Positions 53,953 to 64,000 of a stretch of 64,000 bases of DNA are shown in pieces. The stretch lies in IMG/VR virus record IMGVR_UViG_3300005573_000052; one strand, written 5' to 3'. Origin of the DNA: a virus. The position numbers and the translations under genes are program-made. How positions within the stretch are numbered: the first letter of the stretch is position 1; each line of letters begins with the position of its first letter. The notes under the pieces are model-generated. The model saw only the letters and a list, made by a program, of their open reading frames with translations. It was not told the origin of the DNA and searched no databases.

Positions 53953-55755
53953 CTAGGGCGACGTGGTTTGTGGGGAGGAAGAGATGGGTTCGGTGTAAGT
54001 AGTTGGGGATGACCCGTTTAGGATAGACGTAAAAAAGGATTCGGGGGGCCAGATGTCAGTTCGCGCCTTCCAAAAGTCAACAATAGCCAAAATGGCAGGA
54101 TTGTCCCATTTGCGGGACAGGTTGGGAGTGGGGAGGCGGCGGAGGAGGGTGAAGAGGACGGCGGCTTGGAGACCACGGACCGTGAAGTAGTAGCAGGTTT
54201 CGTCATCACCTTGGCGGACAAGGGATTCGCGCCCTCGATCAATACGGGGGAGATTGAGGTCGTCTATCGCGCGCTTGATGCCAGCGATTATCTCGCGGTT
54301 CACCCCGCAGACCATAATGGTCATGGAGCCGGGCTGGTTGGAGCGGGTGACACAGCCGTCGCCGTCAATGAAGCCGCGAAGGAAGCTGAGTTTGGAAATG
54401 ATGTCGGGGAAGGTGGGAAGCTCGCAACGAAGAGTCTTGTTGACCGTGATGTTGAAATTGCGTTCTAGGTCAGCGTGCCATTCGGTGGCGCTCTCGATGG
54501 AAATACGGCACTGAGGAGTGGGACCGGCCTTAGCTCCCGGAAGATTGCATTCGGCCATGAAGTTGACAATGGGCTGTTCTAACTTGGTCTCAGCCTTGAA
54601 CCACTCAAGCAGACACCGGTCTTTTTCGGCTACTGACCAGCGAACAGCCTTGGAATTCCGGTTGATAAACAGACACCCATCAGTGCAAATCAGGCCCGCC
54701 CAGTAAGATGTGCGCGGGGTGATGGTGGAGAAAAAGGAGCGGTCGTAGTCATACTTGGGGTAGCTGCCGTATTCGCGGGTGCGAAGGGCGGTCATCGACT
54801 CAATGTGAGCTATTGCGCTCGTCAGCCCAAATGTTGCGGCGATTTCGGGTAACGGGTGGGTTTCGCGTAGGGCAGACAGGGCAATTGGGGATACGTTGGC
54901 TGACTCGACCATTTCCACATAGCGGCGCAACTTGCTCCATTTGCGTTCCAAACGGATGATGTCAAGTGACAGGAATATCTTGGCCAGCCAATAGACCTTG
55001 GCTCCGCCCACCGAGTAATTGAAGGTGCTGTCGGCCTCCTTGAAGCGCACGATTGCCGCGTCGGACTCGGGCGCCCATTGGTCAAAATGGGCCTTGACCC
55101 AAGTAAGCATCGTCTCCTTCCCGCCCAGCGAAATGTTATACTTGGTTGTGTCGGTTTCGGACACATATTCGACAATCCATCCGTTGCCGTCAATCAGTCC
55201 CGAGATGAACGCGGCGACGAGGCGCGGGTCTGAGATATTGGGTGGACGCAGGGTCTCGGTCTTGCGCGGAAAGATATTCCAGTGCTCGCCGAGCTTGGCA
55301 CAGATTTCCCCGCCGGTTATCTGCATTCGGGACAGCGAGTAGGTCTTCTTGTTACCGTCAGCGTCGGGCTTTACGAACTCGTCAAACGCGTGGTTCTCGG
55401 AGTCAAGGATGTTGGCTGTGGAGTCAAGTGCGGCGCGCACTGCCTCAAGATGAGCCCGGTCCTTGCTGGACATGTTGAAGACGAGGCGGGGCTCTCCAGA
55501 CGTGACACTGCCGTTTCCTGCGATGAACCCGGCTACAGCGCAGTTTTGCTCGGTCGGAGTGTCAAAGTAGTGCCGGTTGTGGACGGGCAGCACCTTGATG
55601 GCTATTTCCAGCTTCTGCGCCCGAGAGCGGATGGAGTCGTAAGTGCGCCCCGGGAGAAATGCCATCACCTCTCTGATGGTCTTGCAGGTGGCGAATTTTT
55701 CGCGGAGGAGGGCGTCTTCGGTGGAAGACCAAGGGGTAGAGACAGAGATAGACAT
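53953..55755 (-). CDS. Multi-LAGLIDADG homing endonuclease with Myb-like N-terminus
   Basis: WSSTED..L; AGFIAGNGS, SGLIDGNGW, AGLICTDGC, RGFIDGDGC (four motifs). Confidence 0.9.
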   Translation of the reverse strand: MSISVSTPWSSTEDALLREKFATCKTIREVMAFLPGRTYDSIRSRAQKLEIAIKVLPVHNRHYFDTPTEQNCAVAGFIAGNGSVTSGEPRLVFNMSSKDRAHLEAVRAALDSTANILDSENHAFDEFVKPDADGNKKTYSLSRMQITGGEICAKLGEHWNIFPRKTETLRPPNISDPRLVAAFISGLIDGNGWIVEYVSETDTTKYNISLGGKETMLTWVKAHFDQWAPESDAAIVRFKEADSTFNYSVGGAKVYWLAKIFLSLDIIRLERKWSKLRRYVEMVESANVSPIALSALRETHPLPEIAATFGLTSAIAHIESMTALRTREYGSYPKYDYDRSFFSTITPRTSYWAGLICTDGCLFINRNSKAVRWSVAEKDRCLLEWFKAETKLEQPIVNFMAECNLPGAKAGPTPQCRISIESATEWHADLERNFNITVNKTLRCELPTFPDIISKLSFLRGFIDGDGCVTRSNQPGSMTIMVCGVNREIIAGIKRAIDDLNLPRIDRGRESLVRQGDDETCYYFTVRGLQAAVLFTLLRRLPTPNLSRKWDNPAILAIVDFWKARTDIWPPESFFTSILNGSSPTTYTEPISSSPQTTSP

Positions 55756-55875
55756 AAGGTGTCAGTGTTGGGGTATAATGGAGTAGGTAGTGTTGATGGG
55801 TGGTATGTCATTATACACCTGTGATAGGCTCTCTGTCAACCCAACTCGATAAAATAAGTAACCGCCTGAAATGGG

Positions 55876-55908
55876 CACAAAAAAAGACCCGCCAGTGAAG
55901 CGGGTCTC
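55876..55908 (-). terminator. Terminator after the capsid gene
   Basis: GAGACCCGC...GCGGGTCTT plus T-run on the minus strand. Confidence 0.75.
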
Positions 55909-55937
55909 GTTGTGTAAGTCGTTGGACTAGAGGGAGA

Positions 55938-57113
55938 TCAGAAGCTGCATCCAAACTTGGCGCGCCCCTCTACTGAGACGAAACCTTCGCGCTTGGACCC
56001 CGTCATCCCGAGTTTCTCTGACCGCACAGTAAACGTGTCGTCGTTGACAAGCGAGAATTCTGATCCCTCGTCACTTGCACTCAACCGTGCCAGATCGAAC
56101 ATCTCGCTGTTGAGACCAACAACAATTTGCTCGCTCGCCGGGTCGAATACCGACGTGGAACCACCACCAAAACCGGTGCCGAAGCCCGGGAGCTGAACTG
56201 AACCCATGGCCGTGGCGAAGGTCTGGTTGTAGGGGCGGGAAACACCCATTTCATAGACCTTGTGGAGGATGACATCAAACAGCGTGGGGATGCCACCACC
56301 GTTGAAGATTTGCTCGCGGACGGACTCGGGAGCCGCGATGGACGAGCCGCCCTGAGTGGCAACTGCGCCCTGCACGGTGTTGGAAGGCTGATACGCGATG
56401 GCGCGAATCTGGCCCATCCACTCGGGCGAACCGAGCATGTCGGTCAGTGCGCGGCGGTCGAGGACCGGGGTGCCACCCACCCACGAAGCGGTGGTGCGGT
56501 CGTAACCGATCATCATGGTGTTGAAGTCGTCCAACTGGAAGCGACCGGCGGTGTTAGCACGGGCCAACGTCAAGTTGTTGGTCGCGGTGTTGGAGGCATT
56601 GCCGTCAATGCGGGCACCGGCCAGCGAGTTGAAGAGGATGAACGACGCGTTGGTCTCGGAGACCAGCAGCACTTCCTGCACCAGACGGGTCAGACCGTTG
56701 GCGAGGTGGTCGATGTTACCGGCGCGCAAGTAGTTCTTGTTGAACGAGATGGCGCTGTCCACGGGATAGGTCTGAACGAAGAGTTCAGTTGCACCCTGCT
56801 GGAAGTTGGTGGCGGTGCCGCCCGGCTGGCTGTTGGTCCAAACGTTCAGCATGTTGCGCTGACGGACATCGAAGTAGTCGTCCAGCGGGATGGTGGACGG
56901 AGTATTGATGTCGTAAACCAGCGTGGTGAACAGGTTCGAGATGACCGGAGCCTGCTCGATGACCTGACGAATCGGACGGGTCATGACCGCCGCGAGAGCC
57001 TCGGTGGCAGCAAGGGACTCCGTCTTGTTCTTGGAGCCCATGCGCTTGACGAGGTCAAGGGAGGCAGGGGTGCGGTCCAATTGGACCCGAAGATTGCGCT
57101 TTTTGATATTCAT
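55938..57113 (-). CDS. Major capsid protein
   Basis: 391 aa, follows scaffold and decoration genes, strongest codon bias, followed by a terminator. Confidence 0.8.
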   Translation of the reverse strand: MNIKKRNLRVQLDRTPASLDLVKRMGSKNKTESLAATEALAAVMTRPIRQVIEQAPVISNLFTTLVYDINTPSTIPLDDYFDVRQRNMLNVWTNSQPGGTATNFQQGATELFVQTYPVDSAISFNKNYLRAGNIDHLANGLTRLVQEVLLVSETNASFILFNSLAGARIDGNASNTATNNLTLARANTAGRFQLDDFNTMMIGYDRTTASWVGGTPVLDRRALTDMLGSPEWMGQIRAIAYQPSNTVQGAVATQGGSSIAAPESVREQIFNGGGIPTLFDVILHKVYEMGVSRPYNQTFATAMGSVQLPGFGTGFGGGSTSVFDPASEQIVVGLNSEMFDLARLSASDEGSEFSLVNDDTFTVRSEKLGMTGSKREGFVSVEGRAKFGCSF

Positions 57114-57162
57114 GATAAGGGTAAGTAGATTGGGATACCGAGGTGGTGGTTGGGGTTACTGG

Positions 57163-57786
57163 TTAGAGTTCCAGCTTGAGCTGGGCATAACCACCGAAAG
57201 CGGAACCGGAGTAGCTGAGCCACTTGCCGACGATTTGGGAGCCAGTGTAGGTGTAGCCGCCAGTAGCGAGCTGACCAGCGATGGCTCCGGCGGGATTGAC
57301 CGCCTCGACCTTGCCCGCGCCGCCCGTCGAAACCACGGCGACGTAGCCCGGGAAGGGCGTGCCGATGATCTGGCTGAGCTTGAGGGTCACAATGCCGCGC
57401 GACAGAATCGGGGTGGCGAAACCGGTCTGGACAAAGCCACGGTCGAGGGTCTTGTCATAGGGCTGGTTGGCCAGCAAGTTGCCGTTTTCATCGGTAAGAG
57501 CCGTGGTATGCAGGGTGATGCCGAGAGTGTTGTAGCGGGTGTCGCCAGCCTGCGTCGGGCGAACACGACGGGGCGTGTTGTAGCGATAGGAGGTGACGTT
57601 GGTGAAAGCCGCAGCGACCGCTTGGGTCGTGTATTGGCCAGCGGACAGAGCAGGGTCCTGATTGCCGGTCTGGAGAGCGACCAGTTGGCCGTTCAGACCC
57701 GTGCCATCAAGAGCATACCAGTTGATCACTTCAGCCGGGTCATATTGGCGGAAGGGGAGGAGATTGCCATCAGTGAGGATACTCAT
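57163..57786 (-). CDS. Capsid decoration/cement-like protein
   Basis: Lies between scaffold and capsid genes; late motif at 57827. Confidence 0.55.
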   Translation of the reverse strand: MSILTDGNLLPFRQYDPAEVINWYALDGTGLNGQLVALQTGNQDPALSAGQYTTQAVAAAFTNVTSYRYNTPRRVRPTQAGDTRYNTLGITLHTTALTDENGNLLANQPYDKTLDRGFVQTGFATPILSRGIVTLKLSQIIGTPFPGYVAVVSTGGAGKVEAVNPAGAIAGQLATGGYTYTGSQIVGKWLSYSGSAFGGYAQLKLEL

Positions 57787-57868
57787 ATTGGGTGGGGATT
57801 AATCGCTAGAGGGAGAGTTGGAAGTCTATACACCGAGCAGTCGGTGGTTTATAGAATTGGGGTGAAAA

Positions 57869-60460
57869 TTAACGCGTTTTGCGGGTGGACTTTTTGGCGG
57901 CTTCGGCGAGGTCGGCGACCTTGGTGCCACCGATGGAGGCGACTTGAGCGAAGGCTTCCATGTATTTGTCCTTCAGGCTTTGACCGCGAGCGGCGTCGCC
58001 GAGGTCATTGACCACGGGAGCATCAGTCGGATTGGCTTGGGCAGAAGCGAGAGCCTGTTGAGCAGCAGCCTTGCAAGCTTTGTCATCAGCGTCATCATCC
58101 GGCTCCTTGTCGTTCTTCTTATCGCCGAGCTTTTCACCGCCCTTGTCGGGGAAAGCGGCCTTGGACCAGCCCTTATAGAGCTTCTTGGCGCGGGCAAGCC
58201 ACTTGGCGAACGCGGCGTCATCGGCGCAGGCCTTGATCTCGTCAATCACTTCGGCGCGAGTCTCGTCGTCAAAGGCGAAATTCGCCTCGACCGTGGCCAT
58301 GCGCTCGTTGAACTGGGCCTCGGCGGCAGCGGCCTGCTGCGCGGCGACAGCCTCGTCATGGGATTTCTTGAGAGCAGCAAACTGGCGCTGCATGTCTTCA
58401 AGGGCGGCTTGTGTGGTGGCCTGAGCGGCAACGGCGTCGGCGCGCTCCTTGGCGAACTTCTCGCTGGCCTTGGCGATTTCCTCGGTAAAGAGGGCTACGT
58501 TAGCCATGGCGGTAGGAAGCTCTTCCACGGTTTTGACAGACGCAATGGTCTGCTTGATGTCATCGAGATTCATGGTAGGTGATACGGTGGGGTTGGGAGT
58601 GGAAACTGATACACCTGCGGTGGCGGTGTTTGTGAGAGTCGGCATGAGAGCGCGCCCGGCGGCGGAGGCAAAAATGGCGGCGAGACGGGCGAAAACGTCA
58701 TCCAGCGCGGCCTTGATGGCATTGTCCGTGTAAGGCGCGTTGCGACCCTTGTCGTTCAGTGCGTTGTTGGCATCCTGCTTCAGCGCGGCCTCGGGGCGCA
58801 CGGTCGGATATTGGTCGCCGATGCGAGGGTGAACGAGCTTGGTGTCGTCAGTTTGTGGCGGCATACCGGGCGTCATGGAGGTGATGGTGACATGCGGGGG
58901 CATGGCCAGCTCTTTTTCCAGTTGTAGCGTCGCGCCGTCGAAAATCTTGACATTGGTTAGCTTGGTGCCGTCCGACAGCGTAACATCCACGCCGTTGACC
59001 AGCGGCGCGCTTCCGTTGTTGGGCAATTGGATGTTGGCGAGGGCATTCTGCCACTCGGGGGTAAGCTTGAGGAAACAGGAGGAAGTCGTGGACATAGGAA
59101 TGTCGGCTGTGGGGGTATACACCTGCTCGGCAGAGGTTTGACGGAGAGGGATTTCCACCGGGTCGCCGGTATGGGGGCGGAACGAGAGGGAATTGAAGGT
59201 CATGGCGTGGCCCATAAACCGCTTGTCGCCAACGTATTGCGCGGCGCGGCCCTTCTTGGTATAGCACAGGGTTAGGTGGGGTTGAAAATCGAGCCACGCA
59301 TAGTCGTTATCCGTGGAGGTGCGAAGTAGGTGATGGAGGGTGTGGATGTCCTGTCCCTCGACCGTGACCTTGAGGACATCATAAGGGGCATCGTCGCGCT
59401 CGAAAGCGGAAACTTCGCCCATCGTGATGGTAGCCGGACCCATGTCAGCCAGTGCGGTTTGGATAGGCGCGGCATCGGCGGTTTTGATGCCGTATAGCAC
59501 GGTGGCATGGCTTTCCGTCTCCCGCCCATATTTGCCCGCCCCCTCGCCCTCCCCATAATACAAATCGTCCTCCGGGATACTCGCCGCAAACTCCAGATAG
59601 CGCGCCGCGTCGGCGGACGAGAGAGTGAACTGAGTGGAACTGCGACTATAAAGCCCGGCATCCAGCACGTCGGCCAACGGGTGGACGAAATTGGGGTTGG
59701 ACAGCACTGGAGCAATGCCCTTGACGGCTGCGGCGGGCACCGCGACAATCCCGGCCCCGAGCGGCACAATCTCGCCCCTCAGCACCCGCGCGACACGCTC
59801 GCCAGTCGATGCAATCGCCCCCTTGCCGCCATTGCACCTGAGGGTCTTGTCCCACTTCTCCCAGTCGCCGGAATCGGGTGTGATGAGTTTGGTCGCCAGA
59901 GCTAAGTCCGACTTCCCCTTGGGCAGCACGACCACATCGTAGTCATCGAACCCGACCTCGAATGACAGGGACAGCCTGCCCTTGTCGCGCGAACCGGGCG
60001 CGGCGGACTGGATGATGAAATTGCACAGGTCCTTGTCGGCGACCTTCCAGATGGCCATGGCGATGGCGATGTTGCATGGCTTGTTGGCTTCCCTCGCCTC
60101 GTCCACGGTGAGTAAGCGGTCGGTACCGATTTCGGACAGCCCAGCCTTGACGATGTAGCCCACAATCACGCCACGGTTGTGTTCGATATCGACCAGTTGG
60201 CCCTCGAACTTGGGGTAGACTCGGAGAGTGTCTTCGAGACTGACTGCGTCATCATTGAGGTTACAGACTCCGCCTACTGCCAGATTGCCAACGACATACA
60301 AAATGGTCGGATGATCCTCCGGGTTGATAGAGGAGGGAAGCAGCCCCTTCAGTCGGTCAATCGACGCGCAAATCTCGTTTCGCTCTGCATCGGAGGGCGG
60401 GTGATAGTGGCCGACTGCCTCGAAGCGGGCCTTGTATTTGGGCGTGTAGAACTCGGGCAT
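57869..60460 (-). CDS. Prohead protease/scaffold with internal 2H phosphoesterase (Acb1/gp57B-like) domain
   Basis: N-terminal DIEHNR...LSLSFEVGF protease-like region; SHATVLYG and PHLTLCY; C-terminal coiled-coil scaffold. Confidence 0.8.
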   Translation of the reverse strand: MPEFYTPKYKARFEAVGHYHPPSDAERNEICASIDRLKGLLPSSINPEDHPTILYVVGNLAVGGVCNLNDDAVSLEDTLRVYPKFEGQLVDIEHNRGVIVGYIVKAGLSEIGTDRLLTVDEAREANKPCNIAIAMAIWKVADKDLCNFIIQSAAPGSRDKGRLSLSFEVGFDDYDVVVLPKGKSDLALATKLITPDSGDWEKWDKTLRCNGGKGAIASTGERVARVLRGEIVPLGAGIVAVPAAAVKGIAPVLSNPNFVHPLADVLDAGLYSRSSTQFTLSSADAARYLEFAASIPEDDLYYGEGEGAGKYGRETESHATVLYGIKTADAAPIQTALADMGPATITMGEVSAFERDDAPYDVLKVTVEGQDIHTLHHLLRTSTDNDYAWLDFQPHLTLCYTKKGRAAQYVGDKRFMGHAMTFNSLSFRPHTGDPVEIPLRQTSAEQVYTPTADIPMSTTSSCFLKLTPEWQNALANIQLPNNGSAPLVNGVDVTLSDGTKLTNVKIFDGATLQLEKELAMPPHVTITSMTPGMPPQTDDTKLVHPRIGDQYPTVRPEAALKQDANNALNDKGRNAPYTDNAIKAALDDVFARLAAIFASAAGRALMPTLTNTATAGVSVSTPNPTVSPTMNLDDIKQTIASVKTVEELPTAMANVALFTEEIAKASEKFAKERADAVAAQATTQAALEDMQRQFAALKKSHDEAVAAQQAAAAEAQFNERMATVEANFAFDDETRAEVIDEIKACADDAAFAKWLARAKKLYKGWSKAAFPDKGGEKLGDKKNDKEPDDDADDKACKAAAQQALASAQANPTDAPVVNDLGDAARGQSLKDKYMEAFAQVASIGGTKVADLAEAAKKSTRKTR

Positions 60461-60506
60461 AGTGGGGAGGTTGACCGTTGAGGGTTAAGAGCCTATACAC
60501 CCGGCC

Positions 60507-62627
60507 TCACTTGCCGTCAAAATCCACCTTGCTCCGCATCAGCACCGAAGCCGTCCACGAGTCAACGGGGTGCTCCGGGGTGTCAAAGGTCGCGCGAATC
60601 TCGGTAATCTCGGCCAACACGTCCTTGGGCAGCTCCTTAGGAGTCTTGATGTAAGACCCCACGGCCTTCTTCCATTTGCCCGCGTCCGGCTCATTGAACA
60701 CAATGGACTGGGCGATGGACGCCGCGACCTGCTGCTGTGCGTCGGTCAGCCCACCCTCCACCTTCCACTTCTTGACCAGCGCCTCCTCCACCCCGGCCTT
60801 CAGCGCGTTCATCTCGGCCAGAGCCTCAGCCACGCGAATCATGCCAAAGTGATACTTGCCGTCGCCGGGGCGCACGATGTCGGGCTCGGTGCCATCCCAA
60901 TTGGCGGTGCGAACTTGTTTCTGCCCGATGGGCGTGGTGACCTTGCGCGGAGCCGGAGTGCCACCCGTGCCAGCGGGACGCCCCTTGCCCACGCTGCCCT
61001 TTCCACCCTCCTCATCCGCGCCGGTTTCGGGCGCAAGTGGAGTATACAACCCCTTGTCCCGCGCCTTCTTATACTCCTCCTGATTGACCAGCGACTCGTC
61101 CTTGGTGGGCAGCACACCGGTCTCGATGGCAGTATTGACCTCGTCCGCCGTAAGCAAACCAAGCTGCCCCATCTGCACATACAGGCGGTTGAGCATGGCT
61201 TCGTCCTGAATCTGGATGGGCTCAAATTCCACCGTGGGCTCGTCGCGGAAATTCATCTGCTGGCAGACCTTCTTGATCTCCGGGATGAGGAAATTTTCCA
61301 GAAAGGCGCGGCGACCCTCCTTGAGCGACTCGATGAAAATCTTGACCTTGATCGACGCGTTGGCAAACTTGGACTCCTCACCGAAGAACATGTATTGCAG
61401 CCCCTCCTTGATGTCCTTGTCCACGCGCTCATACTTGGCGGGGCCGAGTAGCTCCTTGAGGTCGGGGATGACCCATTCAGCTTTGGTGGTGTAGTCGGCC
61501 ACGAGCACGCGCCCGATGGTCTGGGACTGGAAGATGTTTTGCAAGGCCTGCAACTGCTTGGCCGAGGGAACCTGATTCCACTGGTCCGCCGCGCGCCCCG
61601 CCGTGACGAGGAGAACGACCTGTTCCATCGTGCTGGCGAGGGTCATGTCGATGCGGCGAAGCTGGAGCTTGAACTCGATGTCGTTCATGACTGGGAAGGC
61701 CATGGGGATGGCGAGGGGCTCGTAGTCGGCCTTACGGTAGAACACGTAGTAAAGGCGTGTCTGGTCGAGCGGGACGTAGATGTAGCGCCACGCGCCGCCC
61801 TGCTGAATCTGCCGCTGGATGTCCTCGGGGAACGACTCGAAGACCTGCTTGTCCTCCTCGGTCTGCGGGTTTTTCAACCGCTGGATTTCGTAAGTGCTCA
61901 ACATGCGGACGTAACCGTAGGCGTAACTCGCGCCGCGCTGGAGGTAGACCTGCATCGGATTGAGGATGATGTAGCGGATGGGCACCGTTTTGCTCTTGCG
62001 CGACGCAGCGGAGGTCTCATGGCGCATGTCGGACGAGTAGGCCGTCTTCAGCATGTTCATCCCGTCCTCGCTGATCTTACCGGAGAACTTGTAGATGAAG
62101 ACGTTGCCGGAGCGGTAGTATTCGAGGAAGAACCGGGTCATGAACTGGTTGATCTCGATGGATTCCAACCACGTCTTGATGAAGGTACGAACCCGCTTGT
62201 TGGGCGTGTTGATGATGAGGTCGGAGATGGAGAAGTCTACGAGGAGGTTGAGCAGGTTGCGCAGGGGAGCGTAATTATACGAACATTGGTAGACGAGACT
62301 CACGGCTCCGGTGGCCCCGTAATAAGCCCCGTCGCCCGAGATATCGAAAGGCATGATGCCGGTGCGGATGTTCGGGTAGACATTTGGGTCAAGAACCGTG
62401 GGGGCTGCCCCGTCACGATAACCTGTCGGATTGAACGGCCCGCCACCACACGCGGCCTTGGCGGAATAGTGAGGAGCCCCGTCAAACGCCGGTTCCATGT
62501 CAATATGCGCGGCTTGGGCGATTTGGGTGGTAGGCTGACCAGCGGTAGCGGGAGAGGAGGCCGTGACCACGATGGGCTTGCGGGGCGACTGCCAGTAGCT
62601 GGACGACTTGCGATAAGGACGGGGCAT
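60507..62627 (-). CDS. Portal protein
   Basis: 706 aa between terminase and protease; FFLEYYRSGNVF, YEPLAIPMAFPV. Confidence 0.75.
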   Translation of the reverse strand: MPRPYRKSSSYWQSPRKPIVVTASSPATAGQPTTQIAQAAHIDMEPAFDGAPHYSAKAACGGGPFNPTGYRDGAAPTVLDPNVYPNIRTGIMPFDISGDGAYYGATGAVSLVYQCSYNYAPLRNLLNLLVDFSISDLIINTPNKRVRTFIKTWLESIEINQFMTRFFLEYYRSGNVFIYKFSGKISEDGMNMLKTAYSSDMRHETSAASRKSKTVPIRYIILNPMQVYLQRGASYAYGYVRMLSTYEIQRLKNPQTEEDKQVFESFPEDIQRQIQQGGAWRYIYVPLDQTRLYYVFYRKADYEPLAIPMAFPVMNDIEFKLQLRRIDMTLASTMEQVVLLVTAGRAADQWNQVPSAKQLQALQNIFQSQTIGRVLVADYTTKAEWVIPDLKELLGPAKYERVDKDIKEGLQYMFFGEESKFANASIKVKIFIESLKEGRRAFLENFLIPEIKKVCQQMNFRDEPTVEFEPIQIQDEAMLNRLYVQMGQLGLLTADEVNTAIETGVLPTKDESLVNQEEYKKARDKGLYTPLAPETGADEEGGKGSVGKGRPAGTGGTPAPRKVTTPIGQKQVRTANWDGTEPDIVRPGDGKYHFGMIRVAEALAEMNALKAGVEEALVKKWKVEGGLTDAQQQVAASIAQSIVFNEPDAGKWKKAVGSYIKTPKELPKDVLAEITEIRATFDTPEHPVDSWTASVLMRSKVDFDGK

Positions 62628-62696
62628 GGGAGTTGGATGAAAGTGACTTTGGTTCTGACTTTATGCGGGGAGATACACCGTGGGAAGGAGGGCTTA

Positions 62697-63446
62697 TTAG
62701 ATTTGGTAGTCGCTAATCCACAAATCGTCGCCCTTTAATTGGTTGTGTTTCTGCCACATCGGAAAGAGATTACTCCAATGAAAGCATTGTTTTTGCTGTT
62801 CTGGATCGGTCAAATCAAAGTAAGTGCAGGGAAAGTAGTGATCTATGTTCCACTTGTCGGGTCCAAACCCGTAGTTGTCCCACGTCATCCCGTTTTCAAA
62901 ATTTTTTTCTAGCCACTGTTTGAAAAAATCAACGGTGCAGCCTAACAAATCCAACGTCGAAGCACTTTTCTTTTTGCGTCTCAACGCGCAGGAAAGCCTT
63001 CCTCGAAGCCTATTAGTAATTTTATACTGAATGTCGGTTTTTTCTCGTTCTTTTCTTCTCTTGCGATTGTTGGCATTAATTTCTTTTCTTCGACTCTTTT
63101 GGTATGCAGCCAATTTTTCTTTGTGGCGAAAATCGTAACTAGTCTTATTTTCTTTCACAAAGGCCCTCGCTTCTTCTCTTGTTCGGTTTTCCTTTCTAGC
63201 TTTTCGTTTCAATTCAGAAGAGTGCCCCTTGTAATATAACTGGGTGGCTGCGTAATACTCTCTGTTTTCTTCTCGCCATTTATAGACATTAGCCTTGACT
63301 CGTTCCCAATTCTTTTTCCTGTATTCCTTATTTTTGACCCGACTACACGCCCGACAAATAAACTTATAACCACTCTTGGTATACTTATCTTTGACAAAGT
63401 CTACCAATGGCTTCTCTGTCTTGCAGCAATAACACGTCTGATTCAT
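62697..63446 (-). CDS. HNH-like homing endonuclease
   Basis: LGCTVDFFKQWLE...MTWDNYG...WNIDHYFPC...CFHWSNL.PMW. Confidence 0.85.
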   Translation of the reverse strand: MNQTCYCCKTEKPLVDFVKDKYTKSGYKFICRACSRVKNKEYRKKNWERVKANVYKWREENREYYAATQLYYKGHSSELKRKARKENRTREEARAFVKENKTSYDFRHKEKLAAYQKSRRKEINANNRKRRKEREKTDIQYKITNRLRGRLSCALRRKKKSASTLDLLGCTVDFFKQWLEKNFENGMTWDNYGFGPDKWNIDHYFPCTYFDLTDPEQQKQCFHWSNLFPMWQKHNQLKGDDLWISDYQI

Positions 63447-64000
63447 CGTAGAGCAAGCATCACAGGTATAAATTCGTCAACCTCGGGAGAAGGTAACTCT
63501 TGGGAAGCCAAATAAATTTTTAGAGCCCAATTTGCAAGCCAGAGAGCACTGTAACTATCGCGCCGATTACGCTGGACATTCTTCCGGTTCTTGGTCATGT
63601 GGCTGGGCAGGTCGAAACTGATATGGCCCAGTGCCGTGCTGCTCACTTCAATCAGCGCACACTCTTTCTTGGTCTGTTCCATGAGCACGTCCTGATGGTT
63701 GACGAACTCATAGGCATTTCCCATCCCCTCCACGTCCTCGTCGTGAAAGGCGGGGTGGGTTTGATGAATCGACCCAATATCATAGCCCGCCAACTCGGCA
63801 GTCTTACCCACAGAGGCCGCGTGAGAAGCGAAGATAATGGCCCGTTCATTAAGACAGGCACGAAGATAATCGTTGCCCGCCTTGATGATGGATGTGCTAA
63901 AATACTGCTTCTGCACGATGCGCTTGACACTGCTGTCTCGGTTGTAGGACTTGGCGACCTGACCGACAATGGTCTCAAAGTCGGCCCCGGCGAAATCTGC
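63443..64000 (-). CDS. Terminase large subunit (C-terminal part, runs off the window)
   Basis: RRDSYSALWLANW nuclease-end motif; directly upstream of the portal; frame open to the window edge. Confidence 0.7.
   Translation of the reverse strand, partial: ADFAGADFETIVGQVAKSYNRDSSVKRIVQKQYFSTSIIKAGNDYLRACLNERAIIFASHAASVGKTAELAGYDIGSIHQTHPAFHDEDVEGMGNAYEFVNHQDVLMEQTKKECALIEVSSTALGHISFDLPSHMTKNRKNVQRNRRDSYSALWLANWALKIYLASQELPSPEVDEFIPVMLALR

Noticed and set aside
37667-64000. Inteins or a DGR in structural genes
   Set aside because: No intein N/C-terminal motifs, reverse transcriptase or TR/VR repeat pair seen in this window.

Overview
Genome segment of a large tailed dsDNA phage (no rRNA or host housekeeping genes). 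The host is possibly Verrucomicrobia; this is an inference. 0.4-9.7 kb is an array of about 41 tRNA genes covering all 20 amino acids, most with non-canonical T-loops and several with altered architecture. The array also holds three tandem Y RNAs plus a Ro60/TROVE gene, a free-standing circularly permuted tRNA mimic, other unexplained structured RNAs and two HNH endonucleases. 9.7-24.6 kb is an early/middle region with HNH and LAGLIDADG nucleases, a candidate large ncRNA, a phage sigma factor, an SSB-like gene and three glycosyltransferases. 24.6-28 kb is a set of small ORFs delimited by integron attC-like hairpins. 28-51 kb (+) is the neck/tail module: tail-tube paralogues, TnpB, tape measure and a lambda-like M/L/K/I/J tail tip. 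51-64 kb (-) is the head module: terminase C-terminus, portal, a protease/scaffold carrying an Acb1-like 2H domain, and the major capsid. A GGTGTAT(A/C) motif precedes about 20 late/mobile genes, and a TTGACA-N18-TANNNT promoter class precedes others. All calls were made by eye; no searches or folding programs were run.
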